NCBI GenBank assembly: GCA_946545425.1
Contig: CAMNNM010000001.1
Coordinates: forward strand, 1 to 58,523
DNA length: 58,523 nt
Direction of reading: 5' to 3'
Origin: an uncultured Blautia sp.
GTDB lineage: Bacteria > Bacillota > Clostridia > Lachnospirales > Lachnospiraceae
Under the pieces are notes generated by a model. That model saw only the letters and a list, made by a program, of their open reading frames with translations. It was not told where the DNA came from and did no database searches. This document shows positions 48,839-58,523 of the stretch, in pieces. The translations under genes were made by a program, and so were the position numbers. The stretch's first letter is position 1, and the number at the start of each line of letters is the position of its first letter.

Positions 48839-51616
48839 TCAGCGTTTCCTTCTGCGCATCAGGATGATCAGCAGAATGATGACGGCGGCTGCGGCAGCCG
48901 TCAGCGCGATCACCAGCGGAAGAACCGGGTTGTCATCGCCTGTCTGAACTCCCTTGACTGCCTTTGCAGCCGGCGTTCCCTTGATCTGGCCCGTTCCCAC
49001 GATGAAGGAAACCTTTTTGGTATCCGTCACATTGGAATCGACCCATTTGACGCCGTCGAAGCTCTGCTGCATATAATTTACGGTTAATGTATAATTTCCG
49101 TTCCGGCCGATCCGGAAGGTTGCGGAATAGGGTTCGCTGCTCCAGGATCTGGCTTCGCCGTCCACAATATACCATGTTCTGGGAACATATCTCACATCGC
49201 CCGACTTGGGATTTGTGTTGTCCATTCCTGCGCCGATGGCCGTAAAGGAAATCTTGGTCTCTGTTGTATAAATTCCGTCGCTGGTGATCCCGGAGATCCA
49301 GTTGCGTGACGGATCCGGAATGATCGGTGTTCTGCCGTTCACTGATACGTTTACCGCCGCGGCAAGAGGAATGTTGTCCGGGTTCTCAATGCCTCCCGGA
49401 AGAGTGACCGTTCCGGATACCTTAAAGGTCTGAGGATCTCTGGAGGCGGGATCGTAAGCTGCCGAAGCCACATCCCACATTACATTGGCCTTCATGTCTC
49501 CGTTTGTCGTTTTAATGACCACGTCCGCCGGCAGCAGAAGCCCGGCAGCGCTCTTCTCGGCGCCTGAGGCAACTCCGGTAATGTCCGCAGGGTTCTGAAT
49601 ACCGGTAAGCTTTACAGAAACCGACGAAACCGAGAATGTAGCCGTAAGGCTTCCCTGGGCGTTTTCCGCATTGGGAACGGTGATCGTCTCACTGTACTGT
49701 CCTTCCGGAAGCGCAGCTTTCGGGACCACGGTGAATGAAGCGGTTTCCTTCGGAGCCAGCACCACGGACGAAAGCGGTCCGATCACAAAGTTTGTGCTGA
49801 CCGGTTGCTGCAGATGGATCGTCGTATTTCCTGTATTGACGACCGTTACAGTCACCGGCTGCGGCACTTCGGCGTAGCCGGCTTCCTTATTTCCAAATAC
49901 CGCGCTTGCGGGAGCGACGGTGATCGCGGGGATCTTCTGCTCTTCCACGGTAAAGTCCGCAGTGACATGCGCCGCAGGAGATACTCCCTCTGCAGCATAT
50001 ACCGGAATACTGTCGCTGTACGCCCCTGCCGGCAGTCCGGGCGCGGGCTGAATGGTAAAGGTCGCTTCCTGGCCGGGCTCCAGTACGGCTTCAAGTCCGC
50101 TGACGGTAAAATAGCTGCTGGTTCCGGTTTTTACGCTGACCGCGGAAGAACCTTCATTTTTTACATATATGGTTTCCGCTTTCGGAAGCGAATCCACCGT
50201 ATATCCCGCTTCGGCGCTTCCGAAGCTGACCGCCGGTTTCGATACGCTGACGGACGGTACGTCTGTAGGCGTAGGCTCCGGCACGTCCGTAGGCGTAGGC
50301 TCCGGTACAGTTGTAGGCGTCGGTTCCGGAACATCCGTAGGCGTCGGCTCCGGTACAGTTGTAGGCGTCGGCTCCGGTACGTCCGTGGGCGTCGGTTCCG
50401 GTGCCGTTGTCGGTACGGGCGTTTCCGACGGTGCAGGTTCAGGCTCAGAGACCGGCTCCACTGTTTCCTCTTCCGGCATGATCTCCACCACCGCCTCATA
50501 GGAAACCTCAGCTCCCTCGAGTGAACGGTAGGTGATGACCTCACTGTGGACGCCCGGTTCGGTCTCTTCATCTTCAGAAAGTCTCGGAATCACCCAGAGA
50601 TCCACCGACTGCCCCGGTTCCAACGTTTCGTGGATATCCTGCACCATGAAAAATTCCGGTGCGATACCTTCAAAATTCAACTCCGCATTACCGGTGTTTG
50701 TGATGGTCACATACTGTTCTTCGACTGTCTCCATATCCCCGGAGATCTTCCCGAAATCCACCTTTCCGTCTTCGCCGGCGGTCCTGATTTCGGCGGAACA
50801 GACAGGCAACTCTTCCGAAGCAGTCTCATCAGGTGCTTCAGCGGTATTTTCCGTATCTCCGGTATTGAACACATAGACTTCCTCGTGTGCATCTTCCATG
50901 CCTTCCGGGAGCATGCCCATTTCAGACATGGTCGACCAGGACTCGGATTCCGTTTCCTGCAGTCCGGACGCCTGTGTATCATCCGGCGTGAACACGGTCA
51001 TGCTGCCCTCTTCGATAAACTCTGTATCTTCTGTCTCGGGCAGGAATTCTTCCGTCTGTTCTCCGCTGCCGGGCAGAGCTTCTTCTGCCTGCTCCGTATC
51101 GCCGGACTGGGACTCTTCCGTCTGCTGTGTGCTCTGTGGATTTTCAGCGGCTTCCTTCCGCTCTTTCGCTTCCTGCTCCGTTGCCGCAACCGGAAGCGTA
51201 CGGACCGTCGCCGTGCCTGCAAGGCCCTTTTCGCCGATACCCGACACGGTGAGAGAAAGGACGCTGTCCAGGTCTGCCTGGACCGGGGTGTACGTTTTTG
51301 CGCTGCCCACCTGCGTCATGGTCCCGTCGCTGTTCACCCTGTTCCACTGGAATGTCAGTTTGTCCTCCGTAATGCCCTCGGGCTTTAATGTGCTCCAGTC
51401 GGCAGTAAGAAGGATTCCCACTGCCGGAAGCCCCTTAATGGAAACCGTTCCGCTGATTGCTGCCGGCGCAGGTACCTGTGTCTGGGTCTCGCCGGACTGT
51501 TCCTGTACATCGGAGGGATAATACTCCATTACCTCTTCCGCACGGACAGGCATCTGAAGCGTTCCTGTCATCATGACGGCGGACATTGCCGCCGCAAGCC
51601 ATCTGTTTATTTTCAT
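48839..51616 (-). CDS. sortase-anchored cell-surface protein with Ig-like domains and PT repeats
   Basis: Signal peptide ending VRA-E; three 'FG...TV.N.G' Ig-like modules; C-terminal VQTGD, TM helix, RRRKR. Confidence 0.85.
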   Translation of the reverse strand: MKINRWLAAAMSAVMMTGTLQMPVRAEEVMEYYPSDVQEQSGETQTQVPAPAAISGTVSIKGLPAVGILLTADWSTLKPEGITEDKLTFQWNRVNSDGTMTQVGSAKTYTPVQADLDSVLSLTVSGIGEKGLAGTATVRTLPVAATEQEAKERKEAAENPQSTQQTEESQSGDTEQAEEALPGSGEQTEEFLPETEDTEFIEEGSMTVFTPDDTQASGLQETESESWSTMSEMGMLPEGMEDAHEEVYVFNTGDTENTAEAPDETASEELPVCSAEIRTAGEDGKVDFGKISGDMETVEEQYVTITNTGNAELNFEGIAPEFFMVQDIHETLEPGQSVDLWVIPRLSEDEETEPGVHSEVITYRSLEGAEVSYEAVVEIMPEEETVEPVSEPEPAPSETPVPTTAPEPTPTDVPEPTPTTVPEPTPTDVPEPTPTTVPEPTPTDVPEPTPTDVPSVSVSKPAVSFGSAEAGYTVDSLPKAETIYVKNEGSSAVSVKTGTSSYFTVSGLEAVLEPGQEATFTIQPAPGLPAGAYSDSIPVYAAEGVSPAAHVTADFTVEEQKIPAITVAPASAVFGNKEAGYAEVPQPVTVTVVNTGNTTIHLQQPVSTNFVIGPLSSVVLAPKETASFTVVPKAALPEGQYSETITVPNAENAQGSLTATFSVSSVSVKLTGIQNPADITGVASGAEKSAAGLLLPADVVIKTTNGDMKANVMWDVASAAYDPASRDPQTFKVSGTVTLPGGIENPDNIPLAAAVNVSVNGRTPIIPDPSRNWISGITSDGIYTTETKISFTAIGAGMDNTNPKSGDVRYVPRTWYIVDGEARSWSSEPYSATFRIGRNGNYTLTVNYMQQSFDGVKWVDSNVTDTKKVSFIVGTGQIKGTPAAKAVKGVQTGDDNPVLPLVIALTAAAAAVIILLIILMRRRKR
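50255..50398 (-). repeat. six 24-bp coding tandem repeats (EPTPT[D/T]VP)
   Basis: Units such as cggtacagttgtaggcgtcggctc with period 24. Confidence 0.92.
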
Positions 51617-51639
51617 ATCAATTCCTCCTGACAATTTTT

Positions 51640-51661
51640 CAAGTCTCGCTTGCGAGACTTG
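51640..51661. repeat. perfect inverted repeat in the surface-protein 5' region
   Basis: CAAGTCTCGC-TT-GCGAGACTTG. Confidence 0.8.
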
Positions 51662-51740
51662 CGCGCCGCACGGCCGTCTTCCGTCCTTCGCCTGAATTCA
51701 TTCTAGCACACGGAACAGCGTCCGTGTAAAACGCACTTTC

Positions 51741-52397
51741 TCATCTGCTCCGGAATATTTCCGGCAGATCTCCGGGCCGTTCTGCCAGCGCGTCCGCTCC
51801 GTAGTCTGTCAGTTCTTTTCTTCCCCGGTATCCCCATACCGCGCCTACTGTAAACATGCCGGCTGCATGCCCGGTCTCCATGTCCGTCGAGGAATCTCCG
51901 ATATACATGCATTCTTCAGGCTGAGCCCCGGTCTTTTCGGCTGCAAGAAGCGCCATATCCGGAAACGGTTTCCGCCGGATCCCTTCCATCTGCCCGATGA
52001 CCGCTTCGAACACCCCCGGATACAGAACGTCAACCACTTTTATGGCTCCCTCGGCGGGTTTGTTGGAGCACACGGCAAGGGAAGCTCCAAGACGCTTCAA
52101 TTCCGAGAGTGCTTCTCTCATACCCTCATACACCGTCACACCCTGCATGGGATCCGCATTAAATTTCTTCCGATACATCCGTTCTGCATCTTCAAGGAGC
52201 CGCAGCTCCGGATCTCCCGCATCACGAAGGCATCGTTTTACCAGTTCCGTCGCCCCGTCGCCGCAGTAATACCGGAAATTATCGAGCGGAAGCTCCTTCA
52301 GTCCGAAATGCTTCAGTACCTCATTGGCCGGAAGCCACATGGATTCCAGCGTATAGGCAAGCGTTCCGTCCAGATCAAACACACAGGTCTTCAGCAT
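51741..52397 (-). CDS. HAD-family phosphatase (phosphoglycolate phosphatase-like)
   Basis: FDLDGTL, CSNK, KPFPD, YIGDS..D. Confidence 0.88.
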   Translation of the reverse strand: MLKTCVFDLDGTLAYTLESMWLPANEVLKHFGLKELPLDNFRYYCGDGATELVKRCLRDAGDPELRLLEDAERMYRKKFNADPMQGVTVYEGMREALSELKRLGASLAVCSNKPAEGAIKVVDVLYPGVFEAVIGQMEGIRRKPFPDMALLAAEKTGAQPEECMYIGDSSTDMETGHAAGMFTVGAVWGYRGRKELTDYGADALAERPGDLPEIFRSR

Positions 52398-53002
52398 GAT
52401 GTGTTCTCCTTTCCGGAATTTCTGAGATCGATCCCCAGCTTTTTTGCCTCGTGGATCAGACGTGCGGCAGGCAGTCCGACTACATTATTATAGTCTCCGC
52501 AGATCTTCTGCACATAAATGCCCCATAGTCCCTGAATACCATAGGCACCTGCCTTGTCCATGGGCTCGCCGGTCCTGATATACTCCAGGATTTCCTCCCG
52601 GCTGACCGGATAGCAGGTAACATCGGTGCATTCATGAAAGGTTTTCCTTTTCCTTTCACCCCTGCCGCCGTACAGGATCGTCACGCCGGTATATACCTGG
52701 TGTGTCCGCCCCTGCAGAAGCGTGAGCATTTTAAGAGCGTCTTCTTCACTCTCCGGCTTTCCCAGAATCTTTCCGTCACACGCCACGACCGTATCCGCGC
52801 CTATGACGACGGAGTCTGAATCCTTTACAAGGGTATCTGTACCGGATGCTTTTATATATGACAGCTCCTCCACCAGCTCCGCCGGATCCGTTTTTATGCT
52901 TTTTTCCTCCGCTCCGGAGGTTATGATTTCAAAATGTATCCCTGCCCCTGCCAGAATTTCGCGTCTCCTTGGTGAAGCCGAGGCCAGTATGATTTTTCTC
53001 AT
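52391..53002 (-). CDS. maf: Maf family nucleotide pyrophosphatase
   Basis: ILASASPRR, GADTVV, GKP, DKAGAYGIQG, NVVGLP. Confidence 0.93.
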   Translation of the reverse strand: MRKIILASASPRRREILAGAGIHFEIITSGAEEKSIKTDPAELVEELSYIKASGTDTLVKDSDSVVIGADTVVACDGKILGKPESEEDALKMLTLLQGRTHQVYTGVTILYGGRGERKRKTFHECTDVTCYPVSREEILEYIRTGEPMDKAGAYGIQGLWGIYVQKICGDYNNVVGLPAARLIHEAKKLGIDLRNSGKENTSC

Positions 53003-53261
53003 AGATTTCCGTCTCCCGTAAAATGTCTGTCAGACAGCCGGCTTTCTTTCCGGACCGCCCATCCCGGGAGGATCCGAAATTTCAGCTTCAGGCTGCCTGC
53101 AACAGTATAGACCCATCGGCGGCCGGCCGCAACTTTTTTTACATTTATTTTAAATTTCTCTTTTCTTTTCCGCAAAAAAGTATTACAATACCGATATATA
53201 AGTTCCTGAAACAATTGCTGGCAGGGCTTTTAACCTCTACAACGAAAGGAGAAATTTAAAC

Positions 53262-53603
53262 ATGGCTAAGCGTAACAAGCTGCTTGGATTACTCGGTGTT
53301 GCTGCTGCAGGTGCGGCTGCTGCCTACATTTACAAGAAATCTACCCAGAAGGTCGAAGACGATTTCGACGATGACTGGGATGACGACGATTTCGATGATG
53401 ACGAAGATGAAGATGAAGAAGACGAAGCAGAATCAGAAGACGGAGACGCAGAAGATTTCAAAGACTGGGACGGAGATGCTGCTGACGCAGTCGAAGAGGC
53501 AGCAGAGACTGCTGAAGAAGCAGTCGAAGAAGCAGCTGACGCGGTCGAAGAAGCGGTCGACGCTGCGAAAGAAGCTGCTGAAGATGCTGTGGAAGAGCTT
53601 TAA
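53262..53603 (+). CDS. small membrane-anchored, extremely acidic hypothetical protein
   Basis: AAGGAG SD, hydrophobic N-terminus, D/E-rich body, downstream terminator. Confidence 0.8.
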   Translation: MAKRNKLLGLLGVAAAGAAAAYIYKKSTQKVEDDFDDDWDDDDFDDDEDEDEEDEAESEDGDAEDFKDWDGDAADAVEEAAETAEEAVEEAADAVEEAVDAAKEAAEDAVEEL

Positions 53604-53647
53604 GAAGCAGATGCTGAAATAAATATAGTCGAAAGAATGGCTGTCAT

Positions 53648-53691
53648 AAAACTGCCGCCGGGTCTTTTGGGGACCCGGCGGCAGGTTTTTT
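53648..53691. terminator. bidirectional terminator
   Basis: ctgccgccgggtc / gacccggcggcag with A and T tracts. Confidence 0.8.
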
Positions 53692-53693
53692 CA

Positions 53694-55358
53694 TTATCCC
53701 GGCAGCTTGAAGGAACTCTTCAGAGAAACGATCCGGTTGAATACCGGCGCGCCTTCTCTGGAATCCTTGTAATCCACCACATAGAAGCCGTTTCTTACAA
53801 ACTGGAAGCTCTCAAATGCCTTCGCTTCCATAAGAGAGGGCTCCACGTAGCCTTCTCTGATCACAAGAGAATTCGGATTCAGGTTCAGAGAACCGTCTTC
53901 CTTATTGTATACGCCCTTCTCTTCATCCACGATGTTCTCGTAAAGACGTACGGTGGCTTTTCCTGCCTGTGAAGCCTCGACCCAGTGGATTGTCCCCTTG
54001 ACCTTTCTTCCGTCCGGCGCATTTCCGCCTCTGGTCTCGGGGTCATAGGTACAGTGGACTTCCTTCACGGAGCCGTCTTCGTTCAGCTCGTATCCGGTGC
54101 AGGTCACGAAATATGCGTTCATGAGGCGTACTTCCGCACCCGGGAACAGTCTCTTATATTTCCTGGGCGGATCTACCATAAAGTCTTCCCGCTCGATGTA
54201 AAGCTCTTTTCCGAAGGGCACCTTTCTGGTCCCGAGAGATTCGTTCTCCATATTGTTGGGAACCTCCAAATACTCGGGCTCATCGGAAGGATAGTTGTCG
54301 ATCACAAGTCTGACGGGATCGAGAACGGCCATGACTCTCGGTCTCTTCAGCTTCAGGTCTTCGCGGATGCAGTATTCGAGCATCGCATAGTCGACCGAGC
54401 TGTTTGCCTTGGAAATGCCGCACATGTCCACGAACATCTTGATGGATTCGGGCGTGAAGCCTCTTCTTCTGAGGGCCGCGATGGAAACCAGACGCGGATC
54501 GTCCCAGCCGTCCACGATGCCTTCCTCCACCAGCTTTTTGATATAGCGCTTGCCGGTGACCACATTGGTCAGATACAGCTTCGCAAACTCGATCTGCTTC
54601 GGCGGATGCGGATATTCCAGTTCCCGTACGACCCAGTCGTACAGCGGTCTGTGGTCTTCAAACTCCAGGGTACAGATGGAATGGGTGATCCCCTCGATGG
54701 CATCCTCGATCGGATGGGCAAAATCGTACATCGGATAGATGCACCAGGTATCGCCTGTTCTGTGATGCGACATATGGGCCACGCGGTAGATGACCGGGTC
54801 TCTCATGTTCATGTTCGGCGACGCCATGTCGATCTTCGCTCTCAGCACCTTCTCGCCGTCGGCGTATTTTCCTTCTTTCATCTCGGTGAACAGGCGAAGG
54901 TTCTCTTCTACGCTGCGGTTTCTGTAGGGACTTTCCTTTCCGGGCTCTGTAAGGGTGCCGCGGTATTCCCGGATCTCATCGGCCGTAAGGTCGCAGACAT
55001 AGGCTTTGCCTTTTTTGATGAGCTTTACGGCTGCTTCGTACATCTGGCCGAAATAATCGGACGCAAAGAAAAGACGGTCCTCCCAGTCGGCGCCCAGCCA
55101 GCTGATGTCTGCCTTGATCGATTCCACAAACTCGGATTTTTCTTTGGTGGGGTTCGTGTCGTCAAAACGCATATTGAATTTGCCGTGGTACTCCTGTGCC
55201 AGGCCGTAGTTCAGAAGGATGGATTTTGCATGTCCGATATGAAGATATCCGTTCGGTTCCGGCGGAAACCGGGTATGCACGGTATCGTAAACGCCCTCGG
55301 CAAGATCCTTGTCGATAATATTTTCAATAAAATTTCTGGAGCCTGATTCACTGCCCAT
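53694..55358 (-). CDS. glnS: glutaminyl-tRNA synthetase
   Basis: [45 protein letters not shown]. Confidence 0.96.
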   Translation of the reverse strand: MGSESGSRNFIENIIDKDLAEGVYDTVHTRFPPEPNGYLHIGHAKSILLNYGLAQEYHGKFNMRFDDTNPTKEKSEFVESIKADISWLGADWEDRLFFASDYFGQMYEAAVKLIKKGKAYVCDLTADEIREYRGTLTEPGKESPYRNRSVEENLRLFTEMKEGKYADGEKVLRAKIDMASPNMNMRDPVIYRVAHMSHHRTGDTWCIYPMYDFAHPIEDAIEGITHSICTLEFEDHRPLYDWVVRELEYPHPPKQIEFAKLYLTNVVTGKRYIKKLVEEGIVDGWDDPRLVSIAALRRRGFTPESIKMFVDMCGISKANSSVDYAMLEYCIREDLKLKRPRVMAVLDPVRLVIDNYPSDEPEYLEVPNNMENESLGTRKVPFGKELYIEREDFMVDPPRKYKRLFPGAEVRLMNAYFVTCTGYELNEDGSVKEVHCTYDPETRGGNAPDGRKVKGTIHWVEASQAGKATVRLYENIVDEEKGVYNKEDGSLNLNPNSLVIREGYVEPSLMEAKAFESFQFVRNGFYVVDYKDSREGAPVFNRIVSLKSSFKLPG

Positions 55359-55457
55359 TATTCTTTTCCTCCTCAGAAAGGTTTGCTCTGGTTTTTAATA
55401 TTAGCACATGTAGGGCAGGTAAGCAAATTCTTTGTGAGATTTTTTTAAAATTACGTG

Positions 55458-55489
55458 TTGACAACCCGGGTTATTTCTGTTAGTATAAT
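55458..55489 (+). promoter_or_regulatory. tRNA promoter
   Basis: TTGACA followed by TAGTATAAT. Confidence 0.65.
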
Positions 55490-55518
55490 CGAGTGCCAGC
55501 GAGAAATCGCATGCATAA

Positions 55519-55591
55519 GCTGCCGTGGCTCAGTCGGTAGAGCGTCGCCTTGGTAAGGCGGAGGTCACGGGTTCGATTCCCGTCAGCAGCT
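55519..55591 (+). tRNA. tRNA-Thr(GGT); CCA not encoded
   Basis: Cloverleaf: D arm gctc/gagc, anticodon loop ttGGTaa, T arm acggg-TTCGATT-cccgt. Confidence 0.95.
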
Positions 55592-55594
55592 TTC

Positions 55595-55627
55595 AAAAAA
55601 GGACTGTGCAAACGCACAGTCCTTTTT
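55595..55627. terminator. bidirectional terminator between tRNA and LysR gene
   Basis: aaaaaaggactgtgc-aaac-gcacagtccttttt. Confidence 0.85.
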
Positions 55628-56550
55628 CATTGCTTCGGATCTTCTGTATCCCCGTACAATTCTTTCGTAACGCGCAGAAGCCGCCGCACCTTTTCAGACG
55701 GCCGCATTCTGGAATTATAGACCACGTTCAGATTCCGAAGCGCCCCGCCTTCCGCGATCGGGAACATCAGCACGCTCCCGTCCGTGATCATGTCGCTGGC
55801 TGCCAGCCTGGAGATCAGTGTCAGACCCAGTCCCTGTTTCACTGCCTGCAGAATTGCCGTGGTGCTGGACATCTCGGCGATCACGTTCAGGTCCTTCTCC
55901 TGGATTCCCATGCCATGCAGGAGAAGGAGTGCTTCCTGCCTTGTTCCGGAGCCGGGCTCTCTTAAGATCATCGGTTCTTTCCGGATCCAGCCGGGTTCCG
56001 GCCTCTTCTCCTGAATCGTTCTGTATTTTTCCGTATTCGGTGAAATGATGAGCAGCTCGTCCTGATAAAACGGAACATAGGTACAGTTCATATTGGGATG
56101 GGTCGTTCCGCAGAAGCCGATGTCCGCCCGGTTCTCTTCAATTTCCTTCACGACCCCCAGACTGTCTGTCTCGTGGATCCGGAACCGGAGCCGCGGCCAG
56201 CGTTTTCCGGCCTCCGCGATGATGGCAGGAAGCAGAAACTGGGACGGGATCGTCGATGCAGCCACCAGAACCTGCTGATTTCCCTTCTGGTTTTCTTCGA
56301 TATGCAGCGTCTGACGGATCGATTCGCTGGCCTCCACGATCTGACGGGCGTAAAGATAGATCTTTTCACCGTCTTCCGTCAGCTCCACGCCCCGTGTCGT
56401 CCGCACGAAGAGATGGGTGCTCAGCTCCTTCTCCAGTGTCTTGATACAGGAGCTGACCGTAGGCTGGGTCAGATACATTTCCTCCGCCGTCTTGGAAAAG
56501 CTTTTGTTGTCTGCAATTTTCACAAACGCCGTGATCTGTGTCAGATTCAT
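55627..56550 (-). CDS. LysR-family regulator, selenium-metabolism associated by context
   Basis: SFSKTAEEMYLTQPTVS HTH, REPGSGTR; ATGA overlap with selB stop. Confidence 0.9.
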   Translation of the reverse strand: MNLTQITAFVKIADNKSFSKTAEEMYLTQPTVSSCIKTLEKELSTHLFVRTTRGVELTEDGEKIYLYARQIVEASESIRQTLHIEENQKGNQQVLVAASTIPSQFLLPAIIAEAGKRWPRLRFRIHETDSLGVVKEIEENRADIGFCGTTHPNMNCTYVPFYQDELLIISPNTEKYRTIQEKRPEPGWIRKEPMILREPGSGTRQEALLLLHGMGIQEKDLNVIAEMSSTTAILQAVKQGLGLTLISRLAASDMITDGSVLMFPIAEGGALRNLNVVYNSRMRPSEKVRRLLRVTKELYGDTEDPKQ

Positions 56551-58463
56551 CGAAATGCTGTCCTTTCCGTCTCCGCCCCTGTTTTTTCCGTTACGTGGAT
56601 CTCGTCAAAATACCCGATCAGCGTTCTGGTCTCTTTTCTGCTGATCCCGAACATCTCTTTTACATCCGTATATTTCAGAACCTCATGATTTTTGAAATAG
56701 GCTGCGATCCTGTCCCTGGCCTCGCTGACGAATCTGCCCGAAAAGTACAGATCTTCCGCCGCCCGTACGATCTCTCCCTCAAAAGCCAGCTCGTTCAGAA
56801 CGTCCCTCACCTGTCCCGGGTCAAAACCGCCGGTGTCCAGGGTGACCATGCTAAGCATCCTGTTTCCATTCTCTCCAAAGGCAGCGTTCAGAAGATCCTC
56901 TATCTGCCGGAATTTTTCGTCCTTGATGATCTCATCGTCCTCCAGGCAGACAAGATCCCCGTGGGTTTTCAGAAGTTTTTTCTCTTCCAGAACTTTCAGG
57001 CAGCCGTCAAAGACAGCCGGCCTCAAGGTCTTCATAAAACTGCTTCTGATCTGTGCCCTGCCGATTCCTCTCCGGTAAGGATGGCGTTTTTTCTCTGCCG
57101 TCAGCATCCGGATAATCTTCTGTCCGGTCTCCCTCATACATTCGTCGTGCCAGTACCACGGTCCTCCGGGCGCACAGGCAGGATGGACCGTCCCGTCCTC
57201 CGTCAGTTTTTCAAGAAGCGGCAGCACCTCCCCGGGCGTCATGGACAGCTTTTCGGCCAGTTCCTTTGCCGACGGCAGGCTGTTTTTTGCTTCCCGGATA
57301 TGAACCGCCAGAAGATCGGCGTCCGATCCGTTTTCCTTATGATCCAGTTCCCGGATCACATCCGTGTCGAAGCGCTTATGCGGCTTTGGTACCGGATCCA
57401 GGATGATTCCTCCTCCGATGGTCTCTTCCGGAGAATAGAACCGCACGACAAACCGGTCTCCCCGCTTCACAACCGTCTTTTTTTCCAAAATAAGCTGTGC
57501 AGCTGCCGTTTCCCCGGGCTTCAGTTCATCCCGGTCCAGAAGCACCGCCCGGCAGAGAAGTTCACAGGTCCCTGTATAAAAATGCAGCCGCGAGCGGTTT
57601 TTCACCCTTCTCTGAGAGGATGCGAGTACCTGCAGCCGCACATCCACGCGCTCTGTGGGCGTCATGCTTCCGGCCGGTGCGATCACGCAGCCTCTTCTGA
57701 TCCTGTCCCGGCTGATCCCGGACAGATTCAGAGCGCACCGTTCTCCGGCGGTGCAGCTGCTGCGGTTTTTTCCATGAACCTGGATATTACGGATCCTGCA
57801 TACTTCCCCTTCCGGAAAAACCTGCATCGGTTCCCCGGCTTCCAGCGTCCCGGAAAGCAGCGTTCCGGTGACGATGGTCCCCTGACCGGCCAGCGTGAAT
57901 ACACGGTCTGCCGGCAGCCTTGGAATCCCGCTGCCCTCCCGCTCTTCCACCTCGTTTTTTACCATGCCGGAGATCAGGGCTTTCAGCTCTTCGATCCCCT
58001 CTCCGGTCTTTGACGAGACCCGGACGCAGGGCGCCTTCTGAAGGATCGTTTCCTTCAGCTCCTCCCGGATTTCTTCCTCCGCCATGGACAGCCATTCTGC
58101 CGTGACCAGATCACACTTTGTCAGCACCAGGATCGTCTTTTTTACGCCCAGGAGTGTAAGAATGTCCAGATGCTCCCGGGTCTGGGGCATCACGCCTTCG
58201 TCTGCCGCCACAACAAAAAGGACCAGGTCCATGCCGGTCACACCCGGCACCATGTTTCCGATAAATTTTTCGTGTCCCGGCACATCGATGATGCCGCACC
58301 GGGTACCGTCCTGCAGATCGAACCAGGTAAACCCCAGTTCAATGGTGATCCCCCGCTCCTTTTCTTCCTTCAGCCTGTCCGTGTCTCTGCCCGTCAGCGC
58401 CCGGATCAGGGCGGTTTTTCCATGATCGATATGCCCCGCCGTTCCGATGATCACATGTTTCAT
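56547..58463 (-). CDS. selB: selenocysteine-specific translation elongation factor
   Basis: GTAGHIDHGKT, EEKERGITIELGF, DVPGHEKF, RFYSP..TIGGG, C-terminal winged-helix SRK. Confidence 0.95.
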   Translation of the reverse strand: MKHVIIGTAGHIDHGKTALIRALTGRDTDRLKEEKERGITIELGFTWFDLQDGTRCGIIDVPGHEKFIGNMVPGVTGMDLVLFVVAADEGVMPQTREHLDILTLLGVKKTILVLTKCDLVTAEWLSMAEEEIREELKETILQKAPCVRVSSKTGEGIEELKALISGMVKNEVEEREGSGIPRLPADRVFTLAGQGTIVTGTLLSGTLEAGEPMQVFPEGEVCRIRNIQVHGKNRSSCTAGERCALNLSGISRDRIRRGCVIAPAGSMTPTERVDVRLQVLASSQRRVKNRSRLHFYTGTCELLCRAVLLDRDELKPGETAAAQLILEKKTVVKRGDRFVVRFYSPEETIGGGIILDPVPKPHKRFDTDVIRELDHKENGSDADLLAVHIREAKNSLPSAKELAEKLSMTPGEVLPLLEKLTEDGTVHPACAPGGPWYWHDECMRETGQKIIRMLTAEKKRHPYRRGIGRAQIRSSFMKTLRPAVFDGCLKVLEEKKLLKTHGDLVCLEDDEIIKDEKFRQIEDLLNAAFGENGNRMLSMVTLDTGGFDPGQVRDVLNELAFEGEIVRAAEDLYFSGRFVSEARDRIAAYFKNHEVLKYTDVKEMFGISRKETRTLIGYFDEIHVTEKTGAETERTAFR

Positions 58464-58523
58464 CTCTGTTGTACCTGTATGCCCGGAACCCTTCCTCTAT
58501 CGTCTTTTCTGCCCGGCCGCCTG

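Noticed and set aside
50255-50398. 24-bp repeats as a possible CRISPR array
   Set aside because: No spacers, variation mostly at synonymous positions, in-frame coding PT repeat, no cas genes.
53985-55346. 453-aa + strand ORF
   Set aside because: Antisense shadow of glnS.
55525-55965. ORF starting MAQSVERRLGKAEV
   Set aside because: Translation of the tRNA-Thr gene; a common artefact.
58497-58523. Possible 3' end of an upstream gene (selA?)
   Set aside because: Only 8 codons before a TAG are visible; identity cannot be supported.

Overview
Core-genome region of a Clostridia-class Firmicute, most likely Lachnospiraceae (inferred from protein signatures and gene order). Almost all genes lie on the minus strand. 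It contains the complete S10-spc-secY-adk-map-infA-alpha ribosomal protein cluster (rpsJ to rplQ). Next comes a long valS-ltaS-like-folC-small ORF-TPR-ThiF-murB-rapZ-whiA-HPr/Crh-SipW-like gene string. Further on are cdd/rsmF, addAB, hslO, a cold-shock gene, a stand-alone Spo0A C-terminal-domain protein, htpG with a CIRCE operator, a sortase-anchored surface protein, maf, glnS, tRNA-Thr(GGT) and the end of a selenium cluster (selB plus LysR). I see no mobile element, prophage or CRISPR array. The best novelty candidates are non-coding or degenerate: (1) a tandemly duplicated RNA hairpin motif abutting the rplQ SD (candidate L17 autoregulatory leader); (2) a ~100-nt promoter-to-terminator RNA rich in GGA motifs, upstream of a WYL-family regulator missing its WYL domain and an orphan sugar-binding lipoprotein with a degenerate pocket; (3) a pseudoknot-capable rpmJ leader that can sequester the start codon; and (4) several apparent pseudo-enzymes. 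All family assignments are from motif recognition by eye, not from database searches.
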